Shown: piece after piece, positions 1 through 15,710 of the stretch | How positions within the stretch are numbered: position 1 is the stretch's first letter | Layout: each line of letters begins with the position of its first letter | Assembly (NCBI RefSeq): GCF_009914755.1 | Contig: NC_060940.1 | From: the human T2T-CHM13v2.0 reference genome, Homo sapiens | Direction: 5' to 3' (one strand) | DNA length: 64,000 nt | Notes under the pieces: generated by a model | What the model saw: the letters and a program-made list of their open reading frames with translations, nothing else | What the model was told of the DNA's origin: nothing | Database searches by the model: none | Program-made: the position numbers and the translations under genes

Positions 1-943
1 GCAAAGGCACTTATGCGACTGAGTTGCGAGCTGAACTAGCTGCTTTTTTCCATGAAACACCATATTTACTTGAAAGAATGACAGGTAAATTATGGTTATT
101 CAGGCTTGGGTATTTGGCAGACATTTTCTCAAAAATGAGCTAAGTGAGCCTGTCACTTCAAAGAAAGCAACTGACAGTATTTGTTGCCAAGGATAAAAAT
201 TCAAGGTTTCAAGTGATAATTATGATTTTGGAAAACTTGTGTCCCTGTGAGCCAATGTGATTTGTTTTTACACTGTGTAATGAAATGTGCCAAATTTAGA
301 AGACCTGCATAACTCAGTGAAACAATACTTTCCGAATGACCAATGAATGATGTTACAAAGTTATGCCTGGCTAAAAGACCCATTCAACGTGCAGGATTAG
401 AAAAATGGATTTTCATGTAGTAGAGCATGAAAAGTTAATATGGTTTCAGATTCCACATTGCAACTAGCCTTTAAGGAACTACCACTTGTCGAGTTTTGGT
501 GTAGTATCAAAGAATATTCACAGTTATTTCAAAAGCTATTCAAATACTGCTTTATTTGTCAAACTTGTGTGAGGCTAGGTTTTCTTCATAAACTTCAAGT
601 CTAACAACAGTGGGCAACAGATCAAATGCAAAAGCAGATATAAGAATCTATCTCTCTTCTCTTGAGCCAGACATTAAAGAGATTTTCAAAAGCGTAAAAA
701 CAATTCTTCTCACTATTTTTTGTTCTGGAAAATATAGTTATTTTTATACAAATATTTATGTTAACATGCAATTGAATTTATCATTATTTTCAAATGAATT
801 TTAAAATAACTATTTCACTATTTTAGGGGAGTTTTAATTTCTGATATAGGAAATATTAAATAGATGCAACCCACATAAACAAAAGTTCAATAATTTGCAA
901 AAGTGTAAAGGAGTCCTAAGACCAAAAAATTTGAGAGCCTCTG
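1..943 (+). mobile_element. Charlie1-family hAT DNA transposon, 3' part with decayed transposase
   Basis: Translates to WLFRLGYLADIFSKM*..SLSLQ, typical of hAT-Charlie transposase. Ends in a Charlie TIR-like gtcctaagaccaaaaaatttgagagcctctg at 943. Confidence 0.85.
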
Positions 944-1784
944 CTACAGCTGTATTTTAATTCTGTTGACTAACTTCATATAGTTGAGGAGAGAAACTAA
1001 AAGAGCTATTTCCATACTTTCATCAGAAGATTTCCTTCTAGTTCTGTCTTTTCTTCTCCAGTGGGAAATGAAACAGTCCCTTGGTGGGTTCTGGTATCTT
1101 TTTGACTTCTCTTTAGTTGCAGCTAAGCTAAGTCATTGTTCCACCATCACTGGGATGGAAGAGGCAACATGAGATTTCAGCAGGCACTGAAAAAGGTGTC
1201 TTTGATTAAAATGCAACCCTGCTGATATAAAGTTGGACAGAGCCTGGAGGATTCATAGCATCTTGTGTCTTTGTTCATGAAAACTGACAAAGCTTAGCCA
1301 CCACTCCACAAAAAGTTGAGATCTGTGGTGATATTCTTCATATGTGAGATGAAGCAAAGTGCAAAAAAACTGAGATTTTTGACCAAGTTTTTGGTGGATT
1401 GGAATTTAAATGTATAAATTTTCCACCTTCTAACCTATAATTAAAGACACTGTGGGTGAGGATGGAGAATTTGGGAAATGGAAGGGTCTAGTGGGCAATC
1501 ACTGAACAAACATTTATCTTGGCCAGTGCCAGGGCTTGGTTCTTGGAAATGGAGAAATGGGCACTTGAAGGGAGGCTGGATTATGTGGCCACGAATGTTT
1601 TTGTTTGTTGTTTGGCCAACCTCACATCCATTCCTCCTTTTTCTGGTCAAAGGAGGGGTTGCCATGTCACCCTGTCCTCAGTCCATGTGGTTTGGGTGGA
1701 ACTGACTCCAGCCTAGCAGGACCAGCATATGACCTAGGAATGACCTTGAGGATTATCATTCGGCATCTGGAGTTTATACTAAGG

Positions 1785-1971
1785 CAGTAGCTCTCGACAG
1801 GAACATTTGGTAATGTCTGAGACACTTTTGGTTGGGGGATCAGGGAAGCACAACCAGATCTAGCAGGTGATATCAGGGACGCCGCTAAACCCCTTGCAAT
1901 GCGCAGGACAGCGCCTACAACACAGAATTACCCAGTCCCTAATGTCAGGAGTACCGAGGTTGAGAATCCTG
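1785..1971 (+). mobile_element. MER20 (hAT-Charlie MITE)
   Basis: cagtagctctc...acatttggtaatgtctgagacacttttggtt...gcaggacagc...gaggttgagaatcctg matches the MER20 layout and TIRs. Confidence 0.8.
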
Positions 1972-1987
1972 ATCAAAAGGTAAAGGG

Positions 1988-2375
<388 letters not shown>

Positions 2376-2380
2376 TTACT

Positions 2381-2507
2381 TTTTATAAAATAGAGATGGA
2401 GATCTTACTATGTTGCCCAGGCTGGTCTCCAACTCCTTGGCTCAAGTGATCCTTCTGCCTTGGACTCCCAAAGTGCTGGGATTACAGACATGAGCCACAG
2501 CACCTAG
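2381..2507 (-). mobile_element. FLAM_C / Alu left monomer
   Basis: Single antisense Alu monomer. Confidence 0.85.
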
Positions 2508-2830
2508 CTAACTGATGACTTTAAACTGTGGTCAGGTCCCAGGTAGAAACAGATTTTTGAGACGTAAGAAGGGAGCAGGAGATAAGCCAGTGGGCTATTG
2601 CAATAACTTTAGAGAGAGAAGACCCTTGGAGTATGGAAGGTAGTATGATGTGGAAGGAGGTATGATCTGGGAAATGCACATTTGGAAATCATCAGTGGTA
2701 AAAGGCAGAATCTTGAATGTGAATAAGAGCTTCCAATAAGACTGTAAAAAATAAGAAAATAGGACCAAAGACAGAGCCTTGGGGGAACATCCATGCATAA
2801 CAAGTAAAATAATAATAATATCTAACACTG

Positions 2831-3345
<515 letters not shown>

Positions 3346-3786
3346 TTCCTTCTTATCTACCAAGCTGACTCCTTGAATGGAAAAAAATCTTCCAAAAGGA
3401 AAATTACCTCTTAAGAGCTGAAAGATGAGCAAAAGTTAGAGAGATGAAGGGATGGGTTGTTGTCCCGGGAAAAGGGAACAGCAAATACCAAGGTCTGGAG
3501 GCTAGATGGAGCATAAAGAGAGCCTAGGACAGAAGCCAAAACATACAGTAATGGCTGGAGCAGGAGTGGGCTGAGTGGGGAGAATGGCAAGACTGGAGAA
3601 GTAGACAGGGGCCGTGTCATGCAGATCTTTGGGAGGCACGTTAAGTAAGACTTTATTCTAGGGGAAACAGAAATTCTTTGGAAAGATTAAAATAGAAAAT
3701 TAAAGATCTGACGTAATCAGGTTTTCATTTTTGAGGCTCATTCTGGCGGAAGTGTGGGACATGGACTGGGGAATGGAAAAGGAATA

Positions 3787-4099
3787 GTTTTATTTTTATT
3801 TTTCTTGAGACAGGGTCTCACTCTGTTGGCCGGGCTGGAGTGCAGTGGTGCAATCTCGGCTTACTGCAGCCTTGACTTCCTGGGCTTAGGTGATCCTCCC
3901 ACCTCAGCCTCCTGAGTAGCTGGGACTACAGAGGTGCACCGCTACACCTGGCTAATTTTGTTTATTATTATTATTATTTTGTAGAGAGAGTATCTCACTA
4001 TGCTGCCTAGGCTAGTCTTGAACTCCTGGGCTCAAGCAATCCTCCTGCCTCAGCCTCCCAGAGTGCTGGAACTACAAGGGTGACCCAGTTCGCCCAACT
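3787..4099 (-). mobile_element. AluJ
   Basis: Antisense dimeric Alu with J-type ctcaagcaatcctcc. Confidence 0.9.
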
Positions 4100-5006
4100 G
4101 AGGAATATTTGCAGACTGGTTAAGAGACATTAATGCAATAATCCCATAGCAATAATAGAATCCTATATAAGGGAGATGGACTCATTGGCCATCACTTTGG
4201 TAGATGCTTGAAAGCTGGAATCAACTTAATTTCCTGACTGTTGCATGTAAAGGTAAGAGAGAATGAGCTCAAGGCACATCTAGGTTTCTGCCTTTAACCT
4301 TTGGATGGACAGTGATCCCCTTTAGGATGAAAAGTTTAGTGATGGGGAGAGGGTGAGTCTGGTTTTAAAAGTGTTGAGTTTGCAGCTTCCTTTGTAACAC
4401 TCAAGTGGAGGTGTTAAAAGGGCCGCTGAATGCACTGCCCAAGAACTCATGAGGGATATCTAGTCTAATTACTTCCATATATATGGAGCTATGCTTTTTT
4501 GATCAGGAAACAGTCAAACATGTACATTCCAACCACTAATTCTAACAGAGGCAACCGGTGAAAGGTCATTAGCTAAGGTTCCGTGTGACAGATGAACTGA
4601 TGTTAAAAGTCTGAATGCAACACCAGGAGGTCACTGCCAGTCTAATTAGGCACAGATAGAGTTTATTGGGTCGTGGAAAGCCAGTTGTGTGTAACCGTCA
4701 TTTCAGCCCTCTCTCCTTCCATTTCTGACTTGTCATCTGGTTTTAAGTGAACATTAAAGTTTCCTTTCATAAATGGTGACCTTTAGAATTTGAAATGATG
4801 GTTTCTGGCTAATTTCCATTCCAGCCCTGGGGCTGCTGCTTGAAGCTCTTGACTAGTTTCTAGCCCTGTGTTCTCAACCATAATTTGGAAAAGGGCAATG
4901 TTGTTTTCGTCCTTAAAACGCCCATCATTCGGATGAAGGATCGTCATTTCTAATTGTGCAACCACACACTGTTTGGGGATGAAAAATGTACTAGGTGCTG
5001 AGCTTA

Positions 5007-6200
<1,194 letters not shown>

Positions 6201-6229
6201 GATCCCCAAAGATAATTATGATGATAAAT

Positions 6230-6760
6230 GACAACCATTATTGACCAGTTGCTACATGTTCTGACCAGCATGAATGCTTTTTTCGTGTGCTTCTCATGAC
6301 AACACTTTGAGATAGGTGCTATTGTCATCACTCTTTTAACGTTGAGGAAAACAAAACTATAGCAAGATTAACTAACTTGCCCAGGACCGACAGCCAGTAA
6401 ATAACAAAACCAAGGTGTAGAGAGAGGTGACTGTAACCTTTCCAAAGACCCACAGATGGTAAAAGATGGAGCCACTATGCAAATTCAGGCAGCCTTTCAC
6501 CAGAGTGTAGGCTCTAAACCACTACTCTATGACACCATCCTGAGTTAGGGTAGGGTTACCAGATGTCCACTGCAACGCAGCAGTTTTCAGTGACAGCAGG
6601 CTTTCAAACATGACTTTATTTTTCCTCACAACAACTTTAAAGGAGACCCGACCGGGAAGCACGATCTCCATTTTCCCATGAGGAAATGGAGGTTCAGGTT
6701 GAGTGCTTTGCTCTAGGTCAAACATGAATTAAACAGTGGAACAGAGACTAGAATCCTATG
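6230..6760 (-). mobile_element. Two MIR fragments
   Basis: MIR cores near 6340 and 6680 (gaggaaa...taacttgccca). Confidence 0.65.
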
Positions 6761-6905
6761 GCCGCCTTTTCTGGTCATGCAGTAATGTAGCTTGAGCGCT
6801 TAGGAAACGTTTGGGAGGCCACACAGACTGAAGAGTCACACTGGGCTTATTGCGGGCTAATCCTCCACCCACACTTATCCACTTGTGCGGCTTCTTCATT
6901 ACTTC

Positions 6906-7074
6906 CTTTTTTTTTTTTTAAACGGAATCTTACACTCGGATAATTTGTGTATATTTAGTAGAGATGGGGTTTCACTCTGTTGGCCAGGATGATCTCGATC
7001 TGTTGACCTCGTGATCCGCCCACCTCAACCTCCCAAAGTGCTGGAATTACAGGCATGAGCCACCGTGCCCAGCC
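6906..7074 (-). mobile_element. Alu with most of the right monomer deleted
   Basis: Poly(T) plus the last ~20 nt of Alu joined directly to the linker; TSD approx. tcatta(a)ctt. Confidence 0.85.
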
Positions 7075-7305
7075 TCATTAACTTTCCTTCTGTGATTGTT
7101 ATAGGTGGACATGAGAGTCCCAAGAACGTGGACACAAAGTTGCTCTCAAAGATGTAAACTGTAAATTAAGCTGTTTATGAAACAATTTATCCACGTTGAA
7201 TTTACCTTTTATTAAACTCAGACACACATATGTATGTATATGTGTATACATATTTATGTACATATGAACATATCTATTTCTGAACCTTCTATTCTTTTCT
7301 TTTAA

Positions 7306-7629
<324 letters not shown>

Positions 7630-8247
7630 AGGACTCAATACTAGAAGAGCGCCTTCTTCTCTGCTATCCTTCTTTACCAAACATCTGAGTTCTTATCATT
7701 TGGTTTTGCTAGCAAATATTCTAACTATTCTGTCTCATTGTAGGATATTGAGATATTAATTTTAAAATGTAATTAACAGGCTTATTTGGGAATGATCGAC
7801 ATCTTTAGGATATTGAGACTTCGCATTTAACAACATAATGTATCTCCCATTTATTAAAATCTTCTTTTAGGTTGTTTAGAGAAATCTTAACATTTTCATC
7901 ATTCAAGCCTATGCATCTATTGTGTACATTATTTCTAGGTAGTTTTTATGTTTTTTGTTTACTCACATTAATGGATGGTGTTTTCCAGGATATTTTCTAA
8001 GAGGCTAGTATGACTGGTAGGTGAGAAAGCTATTACAGATCTATAATTATTTATAAGCTGCTTGAACATTCTTACTTAGTGAATTTCATTTGCTTTTCCA
8101 GGTAAAACAATCATAACATCTGCAAATAATAGGTGGAATATTTTTGCCTCCACTTTTTTTTCTTTGACTGAAGTTTAGAGAATAGTGTTAAATAATGGTA
8201 GTGGTCAAAGACCACCTTGCTTTTAGCTGTAATGGATATCTCATGAA

Positions 8248-8372
8248 CAGTGTTTCTCAAAGTGTGATCACAGATCTCGGTTTACATCCCAGAATTTATA
8301 CAAACCTGGTCATCTGCATTTTAGCAAACTCCCTAAGGTGATTCCTGTCTACACTCAAGTGAATAACTCCTC
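8248..8372. mobile_element. MER5-type MITE inside L1
   Basis: cagtgtttctcaaagtgtg...tctgcattttagcaaactccc..ggtgattc. Confidence 0.65.
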
Positions 8373-9149
8373 CAGGTTTTCACCAAGAAGCATGGTATTT
8401 GTTATTGGTTTAGATAGGTTTTCTTTATCATACTATCAAGATTTCTGTCAATGTCCACTTAACTAAGAATTCCCATCAGGTATGGAGATTTACATTTTTG
8501 ATAGTTATTGAGATTATAAGTTTTATCCTCTTTGGATTATTAATAGGGTAAGTTATGTTAATGTCTTTCGTATTGGCCTTTCTACCTTTCATTCTTATAA
8601 TAATTCCTTTTGGGGCAATTTTGTTTTTGATTGTATAATGCTGAAGTGGATTTGCTAACATATAATTTAGGATTTTTCTATACACTTGTCAATGAAATTT
8701 TCCTGTGGTTTGTCTTTTGTGTGTTATTTTTGTTAAGGTTTTAAATCTGAGTTGCGGTAACTTGCTGAAATGATTTTCTATGCTCTGAAATAGACTAAAT
8801 AGCATGGAAATTTTCATATAAAACCCTCTGGGCCTGGGGCCTTTTTGAAAGTAGTTCTTTGACAATTTCTCTCACATCTTATTTGCCTATTTTGAGCCTT
8901 TTTCTAGAGTCATTTTTACTCATAGAAATGTAAAAATGTTTTAGTCTAGGGTTAAATAGTGTGATTGCTTATAATTCATTTTATTCCAAATCTGTCTTTT
9001 TTCTTCTCTATTTTCTCAACTTGTCTCCGACTGCATTTATAATTGGTGTCATTTCTTCCAAGATGGTGCCATTAAGTTGTCTTTCAGTCTTTAACTTTTA
9101 GGTTTTGAATTTTCATCTCTTTCTTGGGTTTCTTAATGTATTTTTTAAG

Positions 9150-9600
9150 AATCTTGGAAGAGCAGTTTGAAGGCAGCCAACCAAATGCCATTATGAGCAA
9201 TACATTTTTGCTCTTGGGATTTTTTTAACCTAGATTTAAAAATCTCATCTTGTTGAGGTTGGCATGCTTTAATGTGAAGAGGTCCTTTTGGCATCCTAAC
9301 TACTATCCAGCAAAGTCACTAGACCTCGCAGATAAGTGTCATCTGCCAATGTGATTAACTAACTTGCCATTTTGGTTCTCAGCAAGTCATTGATAAAATC
9401 ATTGAAGGGGAAAGGTTGAAGGACATAGCAGTGTGGTAAAGAATTAGCCAAACATCTAGTAGTCTTGTCTTACAAACACAGGAATTATAACTTGGTTTTA
9501 TGGGATTCCCATCAAAAAAAAAAAAAAAAGAAAGACACTCAGAGTGTGACCTCACCTCAGGTTCACTATGCTCAATGAAAAACCACATTCCCTAACACAA
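9150..9600 (-). mobile_element. L3/CR1 LINE, reverse transcriptase core remnant
   Basis: In-frame translation from 9436 downward: PHCYVLQPFPFNDFINDLLRTKMAS*LITLADDTYLRG, versus CR1 PQGSVLGPxLFNIFINDL...LIKFADDTKLGG. Confidence 0.8.
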
Positions 9601-10048
9601 GCTGAGTAAATGTTGTTCACTCCTGTGATTCACACTCATCAGGACTTACTCTGGGAAAGGCACTGTGCTGGTCTTGGACGTGCAAAGCCAAAAAATATGG
9701 CCCCTGCTCTCAGGGACTTTGCATATGAGGAAAATCCTTTCTTAGCTATGTGGTCTCCAATATCACAAGGTTACCAAAACCATTTTTTAAATAATTGCAA
9801 ACACAGATTGTTTAAGGTCTCTCTTCAAAGATTATAAGAGTAACCCGTTTACTGCACCTAGTGAAACTATTCAAAAATAGAAAAAGAAGTAATAATACCC
9901 CCTACTCTATTCTCACCCTGCCCCAACTCATCCCCTTCCAAAGTAACTACCGTTAACTGCTAAATGTGCTTCCTTTCCTACCCTCAAAACGTACACACAT
10001 ACATGCACAGGAGAAGGAGCATCATTTGCTTTTGTTTAAATTAAATCA

Positions 10049-10170
10049 GAGCCAGACACAATGGCACACACCTCTAGTCCCAGCTATTTAAGAGGCTGAG
10101 GCAGGAGGAGTTCAAGTCTAGCCTGGGCAACATGGTGAGACCCTGTCTCTAAAAATAATAGTAATAATAA
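10049..10170 (+). mobile_element. FLAM_A-like Alu monomer
   Basis: Single monomer with A-rich tail. Confidence 0.8.
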
Positions 10171-10327
10171 AAGTTTTTAAAGTGTAAAATAAGTAATTAT
10201 ATATCTAATTGAAGATAATATGTATATATAATTTAAAAAGTATATATAATTAAATCACACTGTCGATGTTAGCCTGCCAGTTGCTTTTCAATACACCATG
10301 GCTATCCTTCTGGTTCTATAGGTACTG

Positions 10328-10587
<260 letters not shown>

Positions 10588-10907
10588 TAACTTGATTTTT
10601 TCAATAGCTACATAATGTTCCATAGAATAGAATCACTTCAGTTTATTCAACATGCCTTTGTTCATGGACATTCATCTTGTTTCCAGTTTTTATTGCTGTC
10701 ATTGTCATTCTTGTCACATGTTGCATGACAACATATGTTCTTATATACTAGTGCTTTTATTTTTCTGGCTAGATTACCAAAAGCAATATTGCTGGATCAA
10801 TAAGGGTATGGGGTTATAATCTTAATAGATATTGACAGGTTATTATCCTAAAAGATTGTAGCAAGGGGAGTGATTATCAGGCAAATGTCTTGATTATTAA
10901 ATGAAGG

Positions 10908-10908
<1 letters not shown>

Positions 10909-10941
<33 letters not shown>

Positions 10942-10956
10942 CATATATATATATAT
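10909..10956. repeat. (CA)n/(TA)n microsatellite
   Basis: Seen directly. Confidence 0.95.
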
Positions 10957-11109
10957 TCAAAGATTTTGCTTTGAAAGGAGATCCCCTAGAATGGATTGGA
11001 AGCACAAATAGCAGCCCTGAATTTCAGTCATTCCTAGTAGTGTCCTCTGTTGCCATCGCCATGCTGGCCCCCAGAGGACACTGCTCTGAGAACGCTAAAA
11101 ACAGCAGCA

Positions 11110-11345
11110 AAGCCATTTATTGTGTCCCACCCAGGTAATACACTAGTACCTTAGGTATATGTCTTCCGTCTTACTCTCATAGTTATGTAAGAGATAGGTG
11201 CTATTACCATCCTTATTTTACAAAAGTGGAAACTGAGGCCTGGAAAGTTTGTCACTTGCTCAAAGTGACGCAACTGGTAGGTGGTATAGCTGGGATTTGA
11301 TTCCAGTTCTGCCTGCCTCCAAGACCTACGCTCTTAACGACTGTG
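11110..11345 (-). mobile_element. MIR
   Basis: ttttacaaaagtggaaactgaggc core. Confidence 0.8.
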
Positions 11346-11730
11346 TGGGATTTCCTCCAAGGATACCGTCACTGAGACTTTCATTAGAGCCCCAGGCAGA
11401 GCCACACCTTGCCTCCTGCTGTGAAGGAGGAAGGCTCCTGTGCAAGGTCCTTGCCGCCAGGCTGACCTCCAGGAAGTACCTTCCCTATTCAGAGATAACT
11501 GAGTGAGCATGTGGGCACCCCAGAACACAATGGATGGGATGGCATGCTTGCTTGCTCCTGCAAACAACTCAGAAGCTAGCTTTCTTCTCTCCTTTCTCTC
11601 TCCCACTCTCTTTCTCTTGCTTTCTCAAAACAAACTGAAGCAATTAAGAGACACTGGTCACCCTTGGTTTGGCCTTTCCCCATTCTGTTGTGATAGGCAA
11701 CAGGTACGCATGATTAAAAGTGTAGGCTCT

Positions 11731-12051
11731 GGGCCATGCATGGTGACTCACACTTGTGATCCAAGCACTTTGGGAGGCCGAGGCGGGTGGATCACTTGAG
11801 GCCAGGAATTCGAGACCAGGCTGGGCAACATAGCAAAACCCCATCTCTACTAAAAATACAAATATTAGCTGGGCCTGGTGGCACTCACCTGTAGTCACAG
11901 CTAATCAGGAGGCTGAGGCATGAGAATCACTTGAACCCAAGAGGCGGAGGTTGCAGTGAGCCGAGATCAAGCCACTGCACTCCAGCTGGGGCAACAAAGC
12001 GAGACTCTCCAAAAAAAAAAAAAAAAAAAAGGAAGAAAAAGAAAAAAAAAA
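11731..12051 (+). mobile_element. AluS/J inserted in a MIR
   Basis: Full Alu; TSD approx. tgtag(g/a)ctctg. Confidence 0.95.
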
Positions 12052-12321
12052 TGTAGACTCTGGAGTCAGAATGACCTGGGTAGGAAACCAACTTGTTAAA
12101 CCTTCAGCAATTTTCCTGAGACTCTCCAAGACTCATGGTCTCCCTGGCAACAGAACCATCCTACCCAGTGTCTTGTCTTACCTGAGAATGCATCATCATC
12201 TCCTTGGGGACAGGTCAATGTCTATGCCTCTTGGCTTACAGGTCCTGAGGGAACCTCTATAACACTAAGCAAAGGTTGATTCTCAATAATTAAATTCAAT
12301 GGTGTTTTAAGGTAAGATTGA

Positions 12322-12480
12322 GGCCAGGTACAGTGGGCTTATGCCTGTAATCCCAGCACTTGGAGAGGCCGAGGGGAGAGGATTGCTTGAGACTAGGAGT
12401 TTGAGAACAGCCTGAGCAACATAGTGAACCCGAGTCTTTCCAAAACATAAGTAAATTAAATAAATAAAGTAAGTAAGTAA
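12322..12480 (+). mobile_element. FLAM_C
   Basis: Monomer with (taaa)/(gtaa) tail. Confidence 0.85.
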
Positions 12481-12509
12481 GGTTGAGACCTGAAAAGGGA
12501 AGAAAGAAA

Positions 12510-12960
12510 ATGAATTCACATGTATTGAGGGCCTACTTCTGTGTTAGGCAGTATTCTGGAATTTAATAAACATTAACTCAACTCTTTGAAATAGGCGTAA
12601 TTATTCCCATTGTATAGAAGACAAAAATGAAACTTAGCAGCATCAGGATAACTTTGCTAGGATTGCAGAGCTAGAAGTGATGGTGATGGTGATGGTGATG
12701 GTGATGATGATAATGATAGTGATGATGATGATAATAGCTTACTGTTTATTGAACATCTTCTATGAGTGGCACTATGCTAACAGCTTCACATGCACTCTCT
12801 CATTTAATCCCAAGCACAACCCAATAAGTTAGTCCCTTTTATAGAAGAGAAACCTGAGGTCCCAAAAGGTTACAAGGGCACTCAGTTAGTAAGTATTGGA
12901 CCTGGGAATTGAACCCAGGTTTTTCTCCTTCCTTAGGAGTATCGCTCGTGCTTTGGAAGT
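12510..12960 (-). mobile_element. Two tandem MIRs separated by a (TGATGG)n/(TGA)n repeat at ~12678-12735
   Basis: Two MIR cores; the simple repeat is seen directly. Confidence 0.7.
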
Positions 12961-13368
12961 GAAGGCCTTGGTGGCAGTTATTCAAATTTAAACATTCAGC
13001 TGCCTGGACCACTTCTAAATGTGGTGTCATGCAACTGTACAGAAGGCCAGGCCTTTGGAAAAAGAAAACAGATTTTATATCTACTGTCTTTTCCCCTTCA
13101 TCTTCTGGGCTCTGTGGGCAATAGTTTCATGGCAAGATTCTGCATCCTGTCTCATGGCCACACATACTGTCTGTGCTTGGCACAGCCTGCTGTCTCCATG
13201 GAACATCTGCGGCTCACTACTAGTGTGAGTGATTCTATTTTCCACACATCCCCAGCTCGTTAGAAAGCAAGGCTCCCATTTGTTGGTGGATGTTTGCAAT
13301 CTGAAGCTGAAACACTGCAAAATGATGATTGAGCTGATTCACACTAGGAGAGAGTCTGTGACACATAA

Positions 13369-13392
13369 ACACACACACACACACACACACAC
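13369..13392. repeat. (AC)12 microsatellite
   Basis: Seen directly. Confidence 0.95.
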
Positions 13393-14184
13393 CAGACACT
13401 TAATTAGTGAGAACTGATCTCTTGCCTGACCTGAAGGGTATGGTGACTTTTTCCATCATGCAGCCATGTGGCTTCTGAGGACAGTTACCCAACTGGAAGC
13501 TTTGCATGCAGTCATGGTGGTCTTTCCTGGCCAGGGATGCAGCTCAAATGTCCTCTGGGCCACCCAATTGAAGTGTCAGCATCTTAAGGAAACCGCATGT
13601 CTACAAAGGTAGTAAGAAAGTGGAAGTAAACAGCATCCCTCCCAAACGACCCAGGGCTCTGCAGAAAGGAAAGAGCTTCCCCTCTCCTTCCCGATGAATT
13701 CGCCTTAGAACTTCCTCAACGTTCCTCTCAGATTTTCCTCTTCTGGTCTTTGGCCAAATGCAATCTTTAAAAATACACATTTGGCAAGAATCTGCAAAAG
13801 AAAAAAAAAAAAGAAAAAGAAAAAAAATCCCTTCAGATTGTTATGTGATGGTGGGGAAAAGACACATTTTTTTAAACTCTAAAAAAAGCACCTTAGCATT
13901 TTGTAGGCTTTTATAATTCTGAAACAGCTGAAATGCTAAAACTTTCAAGTTGGCAGGATTGAAACTGAAATCTGCAAAGCAGGTTCAATTTGACAGGAGT
14001 AGGAGCCTTGCATTTCAGAGGGTTTTGATGAGCTTGTGGGTCTGAGCCATCAACACAATGGGTGGCCACCCACTTGCAGGGAGCCCTTCATGCCTGGGTC
14101 TCCATCCCCATTCTAGCTCCCTACAGGGTTCACTCTGAGAGATGCTCTGGGGTAGTCCATGAAGGTACCCCATTTGCCTTCCTA

Positions 14185-14420
14185 GCTGTGGGTAGCACAG
14201 CACGCTCTGTGGCACTAGACTGCCTGGATTTGCAGATCCACTACCTGAAGGACTTTATTCACTTAATTCCTGTGTGCCTCAGTTTCCTTATTTGTAAAAT
14301 GGGGATAATCACTACCTGATAGGATTGCTGTGAAGATCAAGCGAGTTCATCCTTATAAAAGGCCCTAGAACAGTGCTAAGAATATGAAAAACTTTCAGTA
14401 ATGTTGGCTATTACTTATTA
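14185..14420 (+). mobile_element. MIR
   Basis: gcctcagtttccttatttgtaaaatggggataat core. Confidence 0.85.
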
Positions 14421-15095
14421 GCAGAGAAAGCTCAACTTGGAAGAAAGATTTGGGGCAGTGGCTAAGAACAGCAGGAAGCCAAGTCCTGGAGTATTACAGA
14501 GGCTTGCGCCCTAGCAGGGCAGGCATAAGGTTAAGACAAAGACCATCATAGACAGAGAAGACCTACTATATGTCAGAAACTCTACTGTAACACTCAAAGT
14601 CAACATTACTAATTAACATTTTGAATCAACAAACATTTCATATATTTGTAGATTTATACCCATCTTTTATTTATTTGTTTTTTTATTTGTTTATATTCAT
14701 CTTGTTCCAGAAAGAATTGGAGAGAGTGTCTAGTTATACAAAATAAGACAAAATAGGATAATTTCTAAATTGGACTAAGGAAGAAAACATGGGAACAGAG
14801 CAGAGCCAAGCATGATGCTGAACATGCATATCATAAAGAACTACATTCCTGATAAGGGTAGTTCATAAGGTTGACTGTAAACTGAGCTTCCTGGCAGCCC
14901 CTTCATGAAGAGAAGCCTGTTCAATTCCATATTTGCAGTGTTTATAACACTGGAAAAGTTGGTGGCTAAGCAGACTTGCAGTCAGGCTGACCTGAGCTGG
15001 CAAGCAGGCTCCAAGATGTGTCCCTGGACAAATGACTTAATGTCTCAGAGTTTGAGTGTCTTCACCTCTAACGGGGATAAAATTGTAGTCATGGG

Positions 15096-15235
15096 TTATT
15101 TATTTATTTATTTAGATAGAGATGGAGTCTCGCTATGTTCCCCAGACTGATCTTGAAGTCCTAGGCTCAAGTGGTGTACCTACCTTGGCCTCCCAAAGTG
15201 CTGGGATTACAGGTGTGAGCCACTACACCCAGCCT
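15096..15235 (-). mobile_element. FLAM_C
   Basis: Antisense monomer within a MIR. Confidence 0.85.
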
Positions 15236-15499
15236 ATGGGTTGTTTTTTTAGAGTAAAGTGAAAGAATATATGTGAAGTGTTTATCACGGCCTACGTACT
15301 TAACAAGTGTTTGATAAACACTAGATAAAATAAAATTTAGAACATGTAGATACACACAACTTTCCTTGATACCAAGATCAGATAGGGATGGCTTCCTTCC
15401 TAAGAGGATGATGTGTCACATAATAAAATATAGTGTCTCCAGTGAAGGCAGATGGCAAACTCCCCAAAGCAATACTGCACTGTTCTTGGGAGCATGAAA

Positions 15500-15710
15500 G
15501 AAGGATGGGTTGCATCCTAGCTCTGCCACTTACTAGCCAGGTGACCTTGGGCATGTCACTTCACTCTCCTGGGATGCACATTCTTCTGCTGTAAATGGGC
15601 AAGATAATAGTACCTCCCTCATAGGGTTCTTATGGAAATCAAATGAGGTTATGGCTGATAAAGCATTTAGCTTAGTTTTGGCACATAGTTAGCCCTCAAT
15701 AGCCACGTTG
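15500..15710 (+). mobile_element. MIR
   Basis: gctctgccacttactagccaggtgaccttgggc. Confidence 0.85.

Noticed and set aside
1-943. Domesticated hAT transposase gene (ZBED-like)
   Set aside because: Stops, frameshifts and an internal deletion; an ordinary Charlie1 fossil.
1040-1200. Strong acceptor-like ctgtcttttcttctccag at ~1060
   Set aside because: No convincing donor or recognisable reading frame downstream.
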